A stretch of 52,265 nucleotides of DNA. Origin: Polaromonas sp. Lineage in GTDB: Bacteria; Pseudomonadota; Gammaproteobacteria; Burkholderiales; Burkholderiaceae_C. The stretch lies in contig JANPFZ010000274.1 of NCBI GenBank assembly GCA_031423655.1, positions 1-52,265 on the forward strand, in the 5' to 3' direction. Below are positions 28,253 through 38,211 of the stretch, piece by piece (within the stretch, counting starts at the first letter, position 1; each line of letters begins with the position of its first letter). The position numbers and the translations under genes are program-made. The notes beneath the pieces were generated by a model. The model saw nothing but the letters and a program-made list of their open reading frames with translations. It had not been told where the DNA came from and did no database searches.

Positions 28253-31200
28253 ATGCGCTTATCTTCTTTTTTGCGGACCTGGTTGGCGACCTTTGTTGCG
28301 TTTGGCCTCGCGCTCGCGCTGATGCTGGCAAGTCCGGCGGCGTCGGCTGCGATCACTTTTGATCCGACGCCCTCCACTGGCAGTTCCATCTCGAACCAGA
28401 TGGAAATCATTCAGGACGCTGGCAACGCCGCGCTGTCGGGGGCGTATCTGGGTGTGCGGTTTAGCAGCAACATAGCACTCACCAATGTTTACGCACGCGC
28501 AACGGTGGGCGGCACGAGTTACGTACTCGATGCAACGGAAGCGCAGGATCATTTTATTGGCGACTTGAGCGGTACAGCTAAAACTTCCTATTGGTTCATC
28601 AACTACCCGACCAGCGGCAATGGCACGTTCACCGTACAGATCTACGCCGGTAACCCTGCGGCTGGGGGTGTGTTGCAAGGTACTTCAACTACATATACTG
28701 TAAGTAGTGCTAACGCAGACAACTCTGCTTCAGCAAACAAGATCGTCAGCGTCGCGGTGGTGCCGTCCAGCCTTCAGCTCGGCCAGACCTTCAACGTCGT
28801 GGTTTGCTACAGCGTGAACTCGACTGCCAGGCTGCTGGTACAGCCCGCCATCAGCTCAGCCTTCGACCCGAACAACCTGCGCCTGGGCAATGTGGTGGTC
28901 GATATTTACGGCAGCGCCGACTGTACTGGTGCAGCCACGGCGACGTTGGCAAACCAACTCCTGTTCGAGGGGCCGATCTCATCGAACAGTGCCCGGGCAA
29001 CCTACACGTTTCAAACCGTCGGTACCGTTAGCGTGGCGCTGACACCCATTGTCAGCGCGCGCAGCGGCATCTACAAGTACAACGCCGATTTCAATACGCC
29101 TCCCGCCGGCGTGAGCTACACCGTTCCGGCGCCGTCCAACAGCGTTACGCTGGCCAAGAGCGTGAACATCGCCACGAACTCGGTCGGAAACATCACCGTC
29201 ACCTACACGATCACCGCCACCAATGCCGGGTCTGCATCCGTGGTGCTGGACCAGATCATCGACACGCTGCCGTCCAGCCCCGGCGCGGTGACCTACACCG
29301 CGAACAGCACGACGGTAAATGGCAGCGCCCAGGCCAGCTTCAACCCAGTGGTCTCGGGGCAGACGCTGACCTGGGGTAGCACCGGAAACGCAGGCACCAC
29401 GTTCACCGTTCCGGCTGGTGGCACCATGACCATGGGTTTCAATGCTGTCATTCCTGCTGCCAACGGTGTCTACATCAACAGCGCGATCGCAAAGATAAAT
29501 ACCACCCAGATTGACGCGACGGCGGCTACCGGGGACAGTGCACCCGCCACTGCCACGACCCGCATCGGTCCACCGGTGCTGGTGATCACCAAGACTGCGG
29601 ACACGCCGACGATCATCAACACAGCTGCAGGTACCACGGCGCGCTACACCCTCAAGGTGACAAACAGCGGTACTGTAGCGACCAGCGTCATGCTGAACGA
29701 TACCGCGTTGCCCTCGGGGTTTGCGTACCTGGCCACGGTGGCCGTTAACACCCCAACCAGCGGCAGTTGCCCAACCGCCGCCACGCGCACCAGCGCGGTC
29801 AATCCTGTTGTTGGGGCCACCAGCCCGAGCTGGGGGAGTTTCAGCATTCCGGGTGGTTGCGAGGTGTCCGTGCAGTTTGACGCCAGCGTGGCAAGCAGCG
29901 TGGCCGACGGCACTTACAGCAATAGCGCCACCACGACCACAGCGACAGCGGGTGCCACCATCACCAACTTCGATGGCACGCCGACAGCAACCATTGCTGA
30001 CAACGTGACAGTGACCAGCCCGGTGCTGGCGGTAACAAAAACCACCAGCACGCCGAACGTCGCGCCTTTGGGTACTGCGACATACACCATTACCGTCACC
30101 AACAGCGGTACGGCAAACGCGGCTGGCACCAGGGTGACCGATACCTTGCCAGCAGGTTTCGTCTACACCGGCACAACCAGCGTGACGGTCAACGGCGCTG
30201 CTACTGCGGCCTATACGGCCGGAGGTACGGTAGCGGCACCGCAGTGGGATACCAACCCTGCAGGTGGCTTTACTGTCAACGCAGGCCAAACGCTGGTCAT
30301 TGTTTTCAATGCAACCGCGGTGGCGACGGCTGGAACCTACAACAACGATGCGTCCGCGACAAGCACTAATGCCAGGAGCATCACCAACTTTGTCGGTACA
30401 GCCAGCACTACAGAAGATGTGACAGTATCAAACATTATTTTGGCGGTGACCAAAACGACCAGCACGCCCACCGTCGTCAATACAGTGACCGGCACCACCG
30501 CCGCCTACACTGTTACCGTCACCAACAACGGCAGTGCCAGCGCCACCGGAGTCAAACTCAGCGATACGCTGCCGGCCGGGTTCACTTTTGCCAGCACCAG
30601 CAGCGTCACGGTGAACGGCGCGGCCGTGTTGCCTGCCAATTACACGCGTGCCGGTACGGCAAGCGTTCCCACTTGGGACACCAATCCGACAGGTGGCTTT
30701 ACCGTCGAGGCGGGCAAGGCTTTGGTCATTGCGTTTGTCGCCAATGTGGTCAATACGGTAGCCGATGGGGTGTACAACAACAGCGCCACTACCACCAGCA
30801 CCAACGCGACCAGCATCACCAACTTTGACGGTGCGCTAGCCGCCAATACCGGCGAAGATGTCACTGTGACCAGCGCGGTGCTGGCTGTGACCAAGACCAC
30901 CGGCACGGCAACCGTCGTCAACACATCCATAGGCACGACGGCTGCTTACACTGTTACCGTGACCAACAGCGGATCGGCCAGCGCCACCGGTGTGAAAGTC
31001 AGCGACACCCTGCCGGCCGGCTTCAGTTACTCCAGCACCAGCAGCATGACGCTCAACGGCGCGGCGGTTTTGCCTGCGAATTACCTGGCTGCCGGCACGG
31101 CGGCTGTGCCGACCTGGGACACCAGCCCAACGGGCGGCTTCACAGTCAATGCCGGTAGCACCCTGGTGATTGCCTTCATGGCCAATGTCGCCAGCACGGT

Positions 31201-34003
31201 GGCCGATGGCATTTACAACAACAGCGCCAGCACCACCAGCACCAACGCCAAAACCATTGCAAACTTCGACGGCGCGGCCAGCACGACAGAAAACGTCACG
31301 GTCACCAGCGCGGTGCTGGCGGTGACCAAGACCGCTGGCACGCCGACCGTCGTCAATACATCCACAGGTACGACGGCAACCTACACCGTCACCGTAACCA
31401 ACATCGGCAGCGCAAATGCCTCAGGCGTGAAGGTCAGCGACACCCTGCCGGCCGGTTTCAGTTACGCCAGCACCAGCAGCGTGACGGTCAACGGCACGGT
31501 GGTCGCACCTGCCGGCTACACCACAGGCGGCACTGCGGGCGTGCCGGCCTGGGACACCAACCCGACGGGCGGTTTCACCGTCAATGCCGGGCAAACCTTG
31601 GTCGTCACCTTTGTGGCCAATGTCGCCAGTACCGTGGTCGACGGCATCTACAACAACAGCGCCAGCACCACCAGCACCAACGCCAAAACCATCACCAATT
31701 TCGACGGCGCGGCCAGCACGACAGACAACGTCACCGTTACCAGCGCAGTGCTTGTGGTGACCAAGACCACCGGCACCGCGACCGTGGTCAACACCTCGAC
31801 AGGGACCACTGCCAGCTACACCGTCACCGTCAAAAACAATGGCAGCACCGCGGCCACCGGCGTAGTGTTGACCGACACCCTCGCCGCTGGCTTCGGCTAC
31901 AACGGCGGTGCTGCCACCGTGACCTTGAACGGCACGGTGCTGGCAACGACTGCTTACACCGAAACGGCTGGCGCCAGCCCAACCTGGACGACCAACCCGG
32001 CCGGCGGTTTCACCATCAATGCTGGCGCAACGCTGGTGGTGACGTTTGCTGCGAACGTTGCCAGCAGCGTGGCTGATGGAACCTACAACAACAGCGCCAG
32101 CGTCACCAGCACCAACGCCAGCAGCATTGCCAACTTTGATGGCGCAGTGAGCACGACAGAAAACGTCATCGTCACCAGCGCCGTGCTGGCGGTGACCAAA
32201 ACCACCAGTACGCCGACCGTCACCAATTCCGCCAGCGGTACAACTGCAACCTATGCCATCACGGTCGCTAACACAGGCACGGCCAACGCCATTGGGGTGA
32301 AGGTCAGCGACACGCTGGCGGCCGGTTTCACCTACGCCAGCACCAGGAGCGTGACGGTCAATGGTGCCACTACGACGGCCTATACCGCATCCGGCACTAC
32401 GACCGCAAGTTGGGACACCAACCCCACCGGAGGCTTCACCATCAATGCCGGGCAAAACCTGGTGATCACTTTTGCGGCCAATGTGTCTTCAGCCGTAGCA
32501 CCTGGCACCTACAACAACAGCGCATCGGCCACCAGCACCAACGCCAAGGCCATCAGCAACTTCGATGGCGCGGCCAACATCAGCGACGACGTGACTGTGA
32601 GTGCGCCGGTTGGCGTGTCACTGTATGGCACTACCTATAACGACGCCAATCACAACCTGCAGCTTGATGGCGGCGAGAGTGGCACTGGTCTGACTTTGTA
32701 CGCCAAGCTCATTCCAGGCGCAGGCGGCAGCGCCTTGCAGGCGGTGGCCGTGAACCCCAGCACGGGCGCGTACACCCTGGTTACGGTGTCGCCGGGTAAC
32801 TACAGCATTATTTTGGACGACAACAATGTGCTGACCGACACCACGCCCACCGTTCCGGGCGGCTGGATTGGTACCGAGATGGCCGATTTCCGGCGCACCA
32901 ATGTGCAGGTTGCCGCGACCGATTTGCAAAACCTGAACTTCGGCCTGTTCAATGGCGGCAAGCTTTCGGGCCTTGTGTTTGGTGACATCGGTAGCGGCAC
33001 AGGCATAGCCAACAACGGGATAAAAGAGGGCTTGGAAGCGGGCGTCGCTGGCGTCGCCGTCAAAGTGACCAACGCGGCTGGCACCAGCATGTATGACAGC
33101 ACCGTCACTTCGGCCGATGGGAGCTACACGCTCTGGATTCCGACCGCAACAATCGCCGCCAGCCTGAAAATTGTTGAAACCAACCTGAGCGGCTACCTGT
33201 CAACCGGCGCCTCGGTGGGCAACACCGGCGGCAGTTACGACCGCGCCAGCGACAGCATCACTTTTGGCAACGTCAGCGGCGGCATCTTCACCGGCGTCAA
33301 TTTTGGTGACGTGCCGGTCAACCGCTTTGTGACCAACGGCCAGCAAAGCGGCTCGCCCGGCAATGTAGTGTTTTACCCGCACCAGTTCAATGCTGGCAGT
33401 GGTGGTTCGGTCAATTTAAGTGTCGTCAGTGCCAGCAGCTGGCCTGTCGTCATGTACCGCGACCTGAACTGCAACGGCGTGGTTGATGCACTCGACAGCG
33501 TCGTCAGCGCCGCAACAAGCCTGGTTGCCAACGAGCAGCTGTGCATTGTCAACAAAGTAAGCATCCCGGCTGGGACGGCCGTGGGAGTGCAAGATGCCGC
33601 TACGCTGCAGGCTGTATTTACCTATACCAATGCCAACCCGGCGTTGGCCGCCACGCTACTGGTCATTGACAGCACCACGGTCGGTGCGGGCTCGGCCGGA
33701 CTTGTACTGACCAAAACCACCGACAAAGCCACCGCTTTACCTGGCGACACCATTACTTATACGGTGGCCTATCAGAACAACAGCAGCACGCCCATCGGCA
33801 CCATCGTCATCAGCGACGCCACGCCCGCTTTTACGACCTTTGTATCGGCAGGGTGTGCCTTGCCACTGCCTGCGGGCATCACCGCCTGTAGTACAAGCAC
33901 TCAACCGGCTGTCGGTGGTCAAGGCGGACTGCAGTGGACGTTGACCGGCGCACTCAACCCCGCATCTGCAGGGCAGGTTGTGTTTGCGGTGAAGGTGAAT
34001 TGA
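28253..34003 (+). CDS. large Thr/Ala-rich adhesin with 8 tandem DUF11 repeats, SdrD-B-like domains and a C-terminal acceptor domain (putative tip adhesin, operon 1)
   Basis: Signal peptide ..PAASA/A; repeats VLAVTK..YTVTVTN.G..SDTLP..YNNSA; ends VVFAVKVN. Confidence 0.85.
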   Translation: MRLSSFLRTWLATFVAFGLALALMLASPAASAAITFDPTPSTGSSISNQMEIIQDAGNAALSGAYLGVRFSSNIALTNVYARATVGGTSYVLDATEAQDHFIGDLSGTAKTSYWFINYPTSGNGTFTVQIYAGNPAAGGVLQGTSTTYTVSSANADNSASANKIVSVAVVPSSLQLGQTFNVVVCYSVNSTARLLVQPAISSAFDPNNLRLGNVVVDIYGSADCTGAATATLANQLLFEGPISSNSARATYTFQTVGTVSVALTPIVSARSGIYKYNADFNTPPAGVSYTVPAPSNSVTLAKSVNIATNSVGNITVTYTITATNAGSASVVLDQIIDTLPSSPGAVTYTANSTTVNGSAQASFNPVVSGQTLTWGSTGNAGTTFTVPAGGTMTMGFNAVIPAANGVYINSAIAKINTTQIDATAATGDSAPATATTRIGPPVLVITKTADTPTIINTAAGTTARYTLKVTNSGTVATSVMLNDTALPSGFAYLATVAVNTPTSGSCPTAATRTSAVNPVVGATSPSWGSFSIPGGCEVSVQFDASVASSVADGTYSNSATTTTATAGATITNFDGTPTATIADNVTVTSPVLAVTKTTSTPNVAPLGTATYTITVTNSGTANAAGTRVTDTLPAGFVYTGTTSVTVNGAATAAYTAGGTVAAPQWDTNPAGGFTVNAGQTLVIVFNATAVATAGTYNNDASATSTNARSITNFVGTASTTEDVTVSNIILAVTKTTSTPTVVNTVTGTTAAYTVTVTNNGSASATGVKLSDTLPAGFTFASTSSVTVNGAAVLPANYTRAGTASVPTWDTNPTGGFTVEAGKALVIAFVANVVNTVADGVYNNSATTTSTNATSITNFDGALAANTGEDVTVTSAVLAVTKTTGTATVVNTSIGTTAAYTVTVTNSGSASATGVKVSDTLPAGFSYSSTSSMTLNGAAVLPANYLAAGTAAVPTWDTSPTGGFTVNAGSTLVIAFMANVASTVADGIYNNSASTTSTNAKTIANFDGAASTTENVTVTSAVLAVTKTAGTPTVVNTSTGTTATYTVTVTNIGSANASGVKVSDTLPAGFSYASTSSVTVNGTVVAPAGYTTGGTAGVPAWDTNPTGGFTVNAGQTLVVTFVANVASTVVDGIYNNSASTTSTNAKTITNFDGAASTTDNVTVTSAVLVVTKTTGTATVVNTSTGTTASYTVTVKNNGSTAATGVVLTDTLAAGFGYNGGAATVTLNGTVLATTAYTETAGASPTWTTNPAGGFTINAGATLVVTFAANVASSVADGTYNNSASVTSTNASSIANFDGAVSTTENVIVTSAVLAVTKTTSTPTVTNSASGTTATYAITVANTGTANAIGVKVSDTLAAGFTYASTRSVTVNGATTTAYTASGTTTASWDTNPTGGFTINAGQNLVITFAANVSSAVAPGTYNNSASATSTNAKAISNFDGAANISDDVTVSAPVGVSLYGTTYNDANHNLQLDGGESGTGLTLYAKLIPGAGGSALQAVAVNPSTGAYTLVTVSPGNYSIILDDNNVLTDTTPTVPGGWIGTEMADFRRTNVQVAATDLQNLNFGLFNGGKLSGLVFGDIGSGTGIANNGIKEGLEAGVAGVAVKVTNAAGTSMYDSTVTSADGSYTLWIPTATIAASLKIVETNLSGYLSTGASVGNTGGSYDRASDSITFGNVSGGIFTGVNFGDVPVNRFVTNGQQSGSPGNVVFYPHQFNAGSGGSVNLSVVSASSWPVVMYRDLNCNGVVDALDSVVSAATSLVANEQLCIVNKVSIPAGTAVGVQDAATLQAVFTYTNANPALAATLLVIDSTTVGAGSAGLVLTKTTDKATALPGDTITYTVAYQNNSSTPIGTIVISDATPAFTTFVSAGCALPLPAGITACSTSTQPAVGGQGGLQWTLTGALNPASAGQVVFAVKVN
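30434..32603 (+). repeat. coding tandem repeat, 435-nt period (DUF11 units)
   Basis: Units start at 30875, 31310, 31745 and 32180 (exact 435-nt spacing), with a near-identical unit from 30434. Confidence 0.9.
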
Positions 34004-34240
34004 ATCGTCGGTTTATTCGGTTAACTGTGTTTGCTTGCCCGGTGCAGCGGGCTCGCCCTTAAGCTGCAAAATCGATCGCGCTTTGCCTGGACGCAAGCAG
34101 CGCTTTCCCGCCGGTCCAGCGCTTTTTGCTGGTTCGAGCCATCGCTGCGCGGTTGTTCCAATCCGCATTGCTCTACCCGCGCCTACATAAAACCGCCGCA
34201 GCAGGTCATGGCCATACTTTTGCGTTCGTCCGTCAAAGAC

Positions 34241-34303
34241 TTTTGGCTATTTTGGCCTCCAGCCCATGTAATACCTTGGCAGTGAGCTACTAAATTAATA
34301 GCA
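34241..34303 (-). repeat. dispersed ~60-bp repeat (copy 3)
   Basis: Core GCTACTAAATTAATAGC at 34286-34302; tail TGGGCTGGAGGCCAAAATAGCC. Confidence 0.65.
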
Positions 34304-34507
34304 ATTAGACGCAGGGGTGACGCCTGCGTTGGCGCTTTTTCGGCAAGCTTGCCTCGCTGGACCCATCGGCGCTTCAGAGACTCTGTGTGGCCAGATGCCT
34401 TCGCATCCGCAACAGCCCCGGCGTCTGCCTCGGGCGTGAAAATATGCAACATTTTGTTTCTAGACCTGAATCCTGCGGATCAGGGCTGGAATGTCTGGGC
34501 CAGTCGT

Positions 34508-34570
34508 TGCTATTACTTATATAGCTAACTACTCAAGTAATCATTGGGGCTAAACCGAAATCATCCAAAA
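34508..34570 (+). repeat. dispersed ~60-bp repeat (copy 4)
   Basis: Core GCTATTACTTATATAGC at 34509-34525; tail TGGGGCTAAACCGAAAT. Confidence 0.55.
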
Positions 34571-34974
34571 AGTTCTAACGCGTGCAGTAATTTTGCCGAC
34601 CATCTATGCAGGCGAGAAATTCCGGGTCTTAACCAGCTTTCCTGGCCGAATTCAACGGCCGTCTTGAATCTGAATAACGACACATTACGTACTTTAAGTT
34701 ACTCAATTTGTTGATAAGAACCATATGGTTACGCTCGATATTGGGTTTTTTGGGGATGAGCAAAAGTGTGGGTTTTTCCACAAAATCTTCATCTTTGTTT
34801 GTCTGTAGGACATACGCTTGTTCTTCTGTCGGCCCAGTCTCATTAAAATACGAGTTGTTACGATTCGTAAGTGGTTTTGGGCATTTGGAACCGTATGAAG
34901 CGATTTGCAAAGTATTGAAACGAAAAAGCTGCATCGGTCTTGTTCTTCCAGTCGTCATTTTTTCTGATGGTGCC

Positions 34975-36003
34975 GTGACTCTTTTTGTATCTGTCTGTCC
35001 AATAGGAAAGTGCCTCGCTGCGTTGGCCGCTGCCGTGGTCGGCCTGGCCACGTTCAGCGTATTTGCGGCCGGTACGCCAGCCGGCACACCTATTGCCAAC
35101 TCGGCCACGCTGAGCTATTCCATTGGCGGCCAGGTCGGCGTCCCGCTGACTGCGTCTGCACCGGTGATCACTGTCGCCGAGCTGATCAACGTGGTGTTGA
35201 CCTGGCAAGACGGAACGCCGGTAAGCGTGAATTCGCCCGACCCCGGCAAGGCGCTGGCCTTTTTGCTGACCAACACCGGCAACGGTCTGGAAACCTTCCG
35301 GCTTACCCGCAACAACGCAATTGCGGGCGACCAGTTTGACCCGGTCAGTGCGCCCACCGGCTCGGTCTACCTTGAAAGCGGCTTGCAAGCGGGTTTTCAG
35401 GCCACCGGCCCGAATGCCGACATCGCGTATGTGGCGGGCGTTAACGACCCTGCCCTGGCGGCAGACGCCAGCAGAACGATTTATCTTTACAGCAGCATCC
35501 CGGCTGGCCAGGCTACGGGCGCCCTGGGCTACGCCAGCCTCACGAGCGTATCGACCACAGTTGGCGCGCCCGGCGCTGTGCCGGGTACCACGCTGACCGG
35601 CCTGGGGCAGGGTGGCGTTGACGCGGTCGTCGGCGGCAGCCGGGCGCAGGCTGTTGCGCAGGGCACGTACATCGTCTCGGGTATCGCGCTCAGTGTGGTG
35701 AAGGCTGTTGTTGCGGTGCAAGACCCACAGGGCGGGGCCGTCGTGATGCCAGGCGCCGTGCTGACCTACCGCGTCACGCTTGCCCTGACCGGAGTTGGCA
35801 TCGCCGACAACCTGTCGTTTAGCGATCCACTGCCGCTGGCTACCACCTTTGTGCCTGCCAGCATCACCGTGGATGGCAGCGCCAGAACCGACGCCGTTGA
35901 CACCGACAACGCCAGTTTTTCTGCGGGCGCGGTGGCCGTGGTGTTCGGAAACACCGCAGCGCCTGCCACCCGCGTCATTGAATTCAAAGCCACGGTTAAT
36001 TAA
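34975..36003 (+). CDS. secreted donor+acceptor DUF11 subunit (putative minor/adaptor pilin, operon 2)
   Basis: Start uncertain; GTG 34975 gives a normal signal peptide ..SVFA/AGTPAGTPIANSATLSY. Ends IEFKATVN. Confidence 0.78.
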   Translation: MTLFVSVCPIGKCLAALAAAVVGLATFSVFAAGTPAGTPIANSATLSYSIGGQVGVPLTASAPVITVAELINVVLTWQDGTPVSVNSPDPGKALAFLLTNTGNGLETFRLTRNNAIAGDQFDPVSAPTGSVYLESGLQAGFQATGPNADIAYVAGVNDPALAADASRTIYLYSSIPAGQATGALGYASLTSVSTTVGAPGAVPGTTLTGLGQGGVDAVVGGSRAQAVAQGTYIVSGIALSVVKAVVAVQDPQGGAVVMPGAVLTYRVTLALTGVGIADNLSFSDPLPLATTFVPASITVDGSARTDAVDTDNASFSAGAVAVVFGNTAAPATRVIEFKATVN

Positions 36004-36069
36004 TCGTTGCATCTCCCTGGCCAGCCCTAACCCGCCCTAACCCGCAACCACTCATTTCTGGAGCCCACC

Positions 36070-36606
36070 ATGCGCAACACCCTGATCAAACTTATCTTCG
36101 CCAGCCTTGCCGGTCTGGCCGTAACAGTCACCCCGCTGGTACATGCGCAAGCCCAGACCCCGGCCCAGGCCCAGGCCCGCCCTGCGGCCGGCAATATCGA
36201 ATTCAAAAACGTCGCCGAAGTCGAAGTCGAAACCCAAGCCGCTGACGGCAAGGTTGAAAAGAAACGCGTGCCCGTGCAAAAAGCCATTCCCGGCACGGTG
36301 GTGTTCTACACCTCGACCTTTAAAAACACCGGCGCCAAAGCGGCCGGCAACATCAACGTCACCAACCCGGTCCCCGCCAACACCACCCTGGTAGCCGCCA
36401 GCGCCTACGGCGAAGGCATGGACATCAGCTACTCGGCCGATGGTGGCAAAACCTGGGCTGCAGCCGACAAGGTGAAGGTCAAGGGCGCCGACGGCAAAGA
36501 GCGCCCAGCCGCCATTGGCGAGTTCACCCATGTCAAGTGGACCCTGCGCGGTGAACTGGCTGCCGGCAAGCAGGCAGAAGCGGGCTTTCGCGTCGTCATC
36601 AATTAA
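36070..36606 (+). CDS. small secreted truncated DUF11-like domain lacking the catalytic Asp (putative chaperone/cap, operon 2)
   Basis: GGAG SD; signal peptide ..VHA/Q; AIPGTVVFY..KNTG, TNPVP, KWTLRGEL; ends FRVVIN. Paralogue of 18822-19358. Confidence 0.85.
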   Translation: MRNTLIKLIFASLAGLAVTVTPLVHAQAQTPAQAQARPAAGNIEFKNVAEVEVETQAADGKVEKKRVPVQKAIPGTVVFYTSTFKNTGAKAAGNINVTNPVPANTTLVAASAYGEGMDISYSADGGKTWAAADKVKVKGADGKERPAAIGEFTHVKWTLRGELAAGKQAEAGFRVVIN

Positions 36607-36844
36607 GCCGACGCAAGTCGTCCTCCCAGCATGAACACCCCCAATTTTGTTTTGCCCTGCGTTGTTGCCCTGGCCGTCACGCGTAGCCGCAGCCTTCAAA
36701 ACGCCATCGACGCGCCGGCCATCCTGGGGCCACCCGGCAGCTCCGGGCCACCAGCCTGCCGTCGGTGGCAAGCGGAGGGTCTGCCATCGACACCCTGAAG
36801 CAACACTCCAACAACAAATTTCTAGGTTCAACAACAGGAAAATC

Positions 36845-38107
36845 ATGAAAACACTTTTTAAAAACACATTGACCCGACCGGTCATGGCAATCGCGCTGGC
36901 GATGGCCGGTCTTGTCGCTGGCGGCGCGGCCCATGCAGCCGGCACGGGTGCCGGCACTGCCATCACCAATCTGGCCACGCTGAATTACTCGGTCGGCGGC
37001 GCACCGCAGACGGCCATCGGCTCTTCTGCAGCAGGTAACACGACTGGCGCCGGCACCGCGACTTCGTTCGTGGTTGATAACAAGATCAACCTGCTGGTAG
37101 CGACCACCGACACGACCTTTGTGTCCGTCGTTCCGGGCCTGACCGGTGTCGCTGGTGCCAACCCGAACGGCGCGTCGCAGGTGACAACATTCACGGTCAC
37201 CAACTCCGGCAACAGTACCCAGGATTTCTCGCTGGTAGCAGCCAGCCTGGCCAGCGGCACGACTTTGTTCGGCGGCACCGATAACTTTGACGGCACAGCC
37301 TGCGTGGCCCGCGTTGAAAGCGGCGGCACAGCGGGCTATGACGCCACCGATACCGCGATTTTCATCGACGAACTGCCTGCCGATGGCGTGCGAACCGTGT
37401 ATGTCATCTGCGCGATTCCGGTGGCGCGTGTCAATAACGACGTCGCCGTCGTCTCATTGACGGCTACCGCGTTGGTCGGCGGAGGAGTTGGCGCGCAAGG
37501 CGCGGCGCTGGTCGAAACCACCGGTGCCAACACGGCCGGCGTGGACATCGTGTTTGCAGACGGCGCAGGCACCGATGATTTGGCCCGCAATGCCAACTAC
37601 TCAGCGCGTAGTGCGTTCAAGGTCGTCACCGCCACGTTGACTGTCACCAAGTCAGTTGCAGCGGTCTGCGACCCCCTTAACGGCAGCACCAACCCGAAAA
37701 ATATTCCGGGCACCTTCGTTCGCTACACCATCACGATTGCCAACACTGGCGCGGCTTCGGCAACGCTAAGCACGGTCGGCGACACCTTGACCAATCTGGT
37801 GACCTTCGACGCCAACCTGATCACAGGAGCCGGCGGGCCAGGCACGGCGGCAACTACGTGTGCCGCTGCCACCGGAACGCCGACCTCGGCAGCAGGTTCC
37901 GGCTTCCTGGTGCCTGCCGTGGGCGCTCGGGCCGGCTTTCCGAAGTACTTCACCACGACCAGTACGGCGGACGGTATTGACCTGACTGGCGGTAACGTCG
38001 TCAACGTCAATTTCGGTCAAGTGTTGCCGGTTGAAGCCGGCTACACCGCCGGCGAGTTGAAAGCCACCGAATCTGTGTCGGTGATCTATCAAGTCCTGAT
38101 CAACTAA
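36845..38107 (+). CDS. secreted donor+acceptor DUF11 subunit (putative major shaft subunit, operon 2)
   Basis: AGGA SD, ATG 36845; ..AAHA/AGTGAGTAITNLATLNY; ends VIYQVLIN. Confidence 0.85.
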   Translation: MKTLFKNTLTRPVMAIALAMAGLVAGGAAHAAGTGAGTAITNLATLNYSVGGAPQTAIGSSAAGNTTGAGTATSFVVDNKINLLVATTDTTFVSVVPGLTGVAGANPNGASQVTTFTVTNSGNSTQDFSLVAASLASGTTLFGGTDNFDGTACVARVESGGTAGYDATDTAIFIDELPADGVRTVYVICAIPVARVNNDVAVVSLTATALVGGGVGAQGAALVETTGANTAGVDIVFADGAGTDDLARNANYSARSAFKVVTATLTVTKSVAAVCDPLNGSTNPKNIPGTFVRYTITIANTGAASATLSTVGDTLTNLVTFDANLITGAGGPGTAATTCAAATGTPTSAAGSGFLVPAVGARAGFPKYFTTTSTADGIDLTGGNVVNVNFGQVLPVEAGYTAGELKATESVSVIYQVLIN

Positions 38108-38138
38108 AGCGGGTCTTGAACCTGACTTTGAAAGTCTT

Positions 38139-38174
38139 GCAACCCTCCAGCGCGGTTCGCCGCCTGGGGTTTGC
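38139..38174 (+). terminator. GC-rich stem-loop after putative major subunit gene
   Basis: CCAG-C-GCGG-TTCG-CCGC-CTGG stem, extendable to GCAA/TTGC. Confidence 0.45.
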
Positions 38175-38211
38175 CCTGCGTTCGCTGAAGTATTCTTCAG
38201 CGGGCCTTGGC

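Noticed and set aside
30434-32603. CRISPR array or mobile element
   Set aside because: Repeats are 435-nt in-frame protein domains with no spacers. No cas, transposase or integrase gene is seen in the window.
34629-34974. ORF 34629-35108 (-) and the long N-terminal extension of 34708-36003
   Set aside because: AT-rich and compositionally unlike coding DNA here; likely the promoter region of operon 2. The signal peptide begins near 34975.
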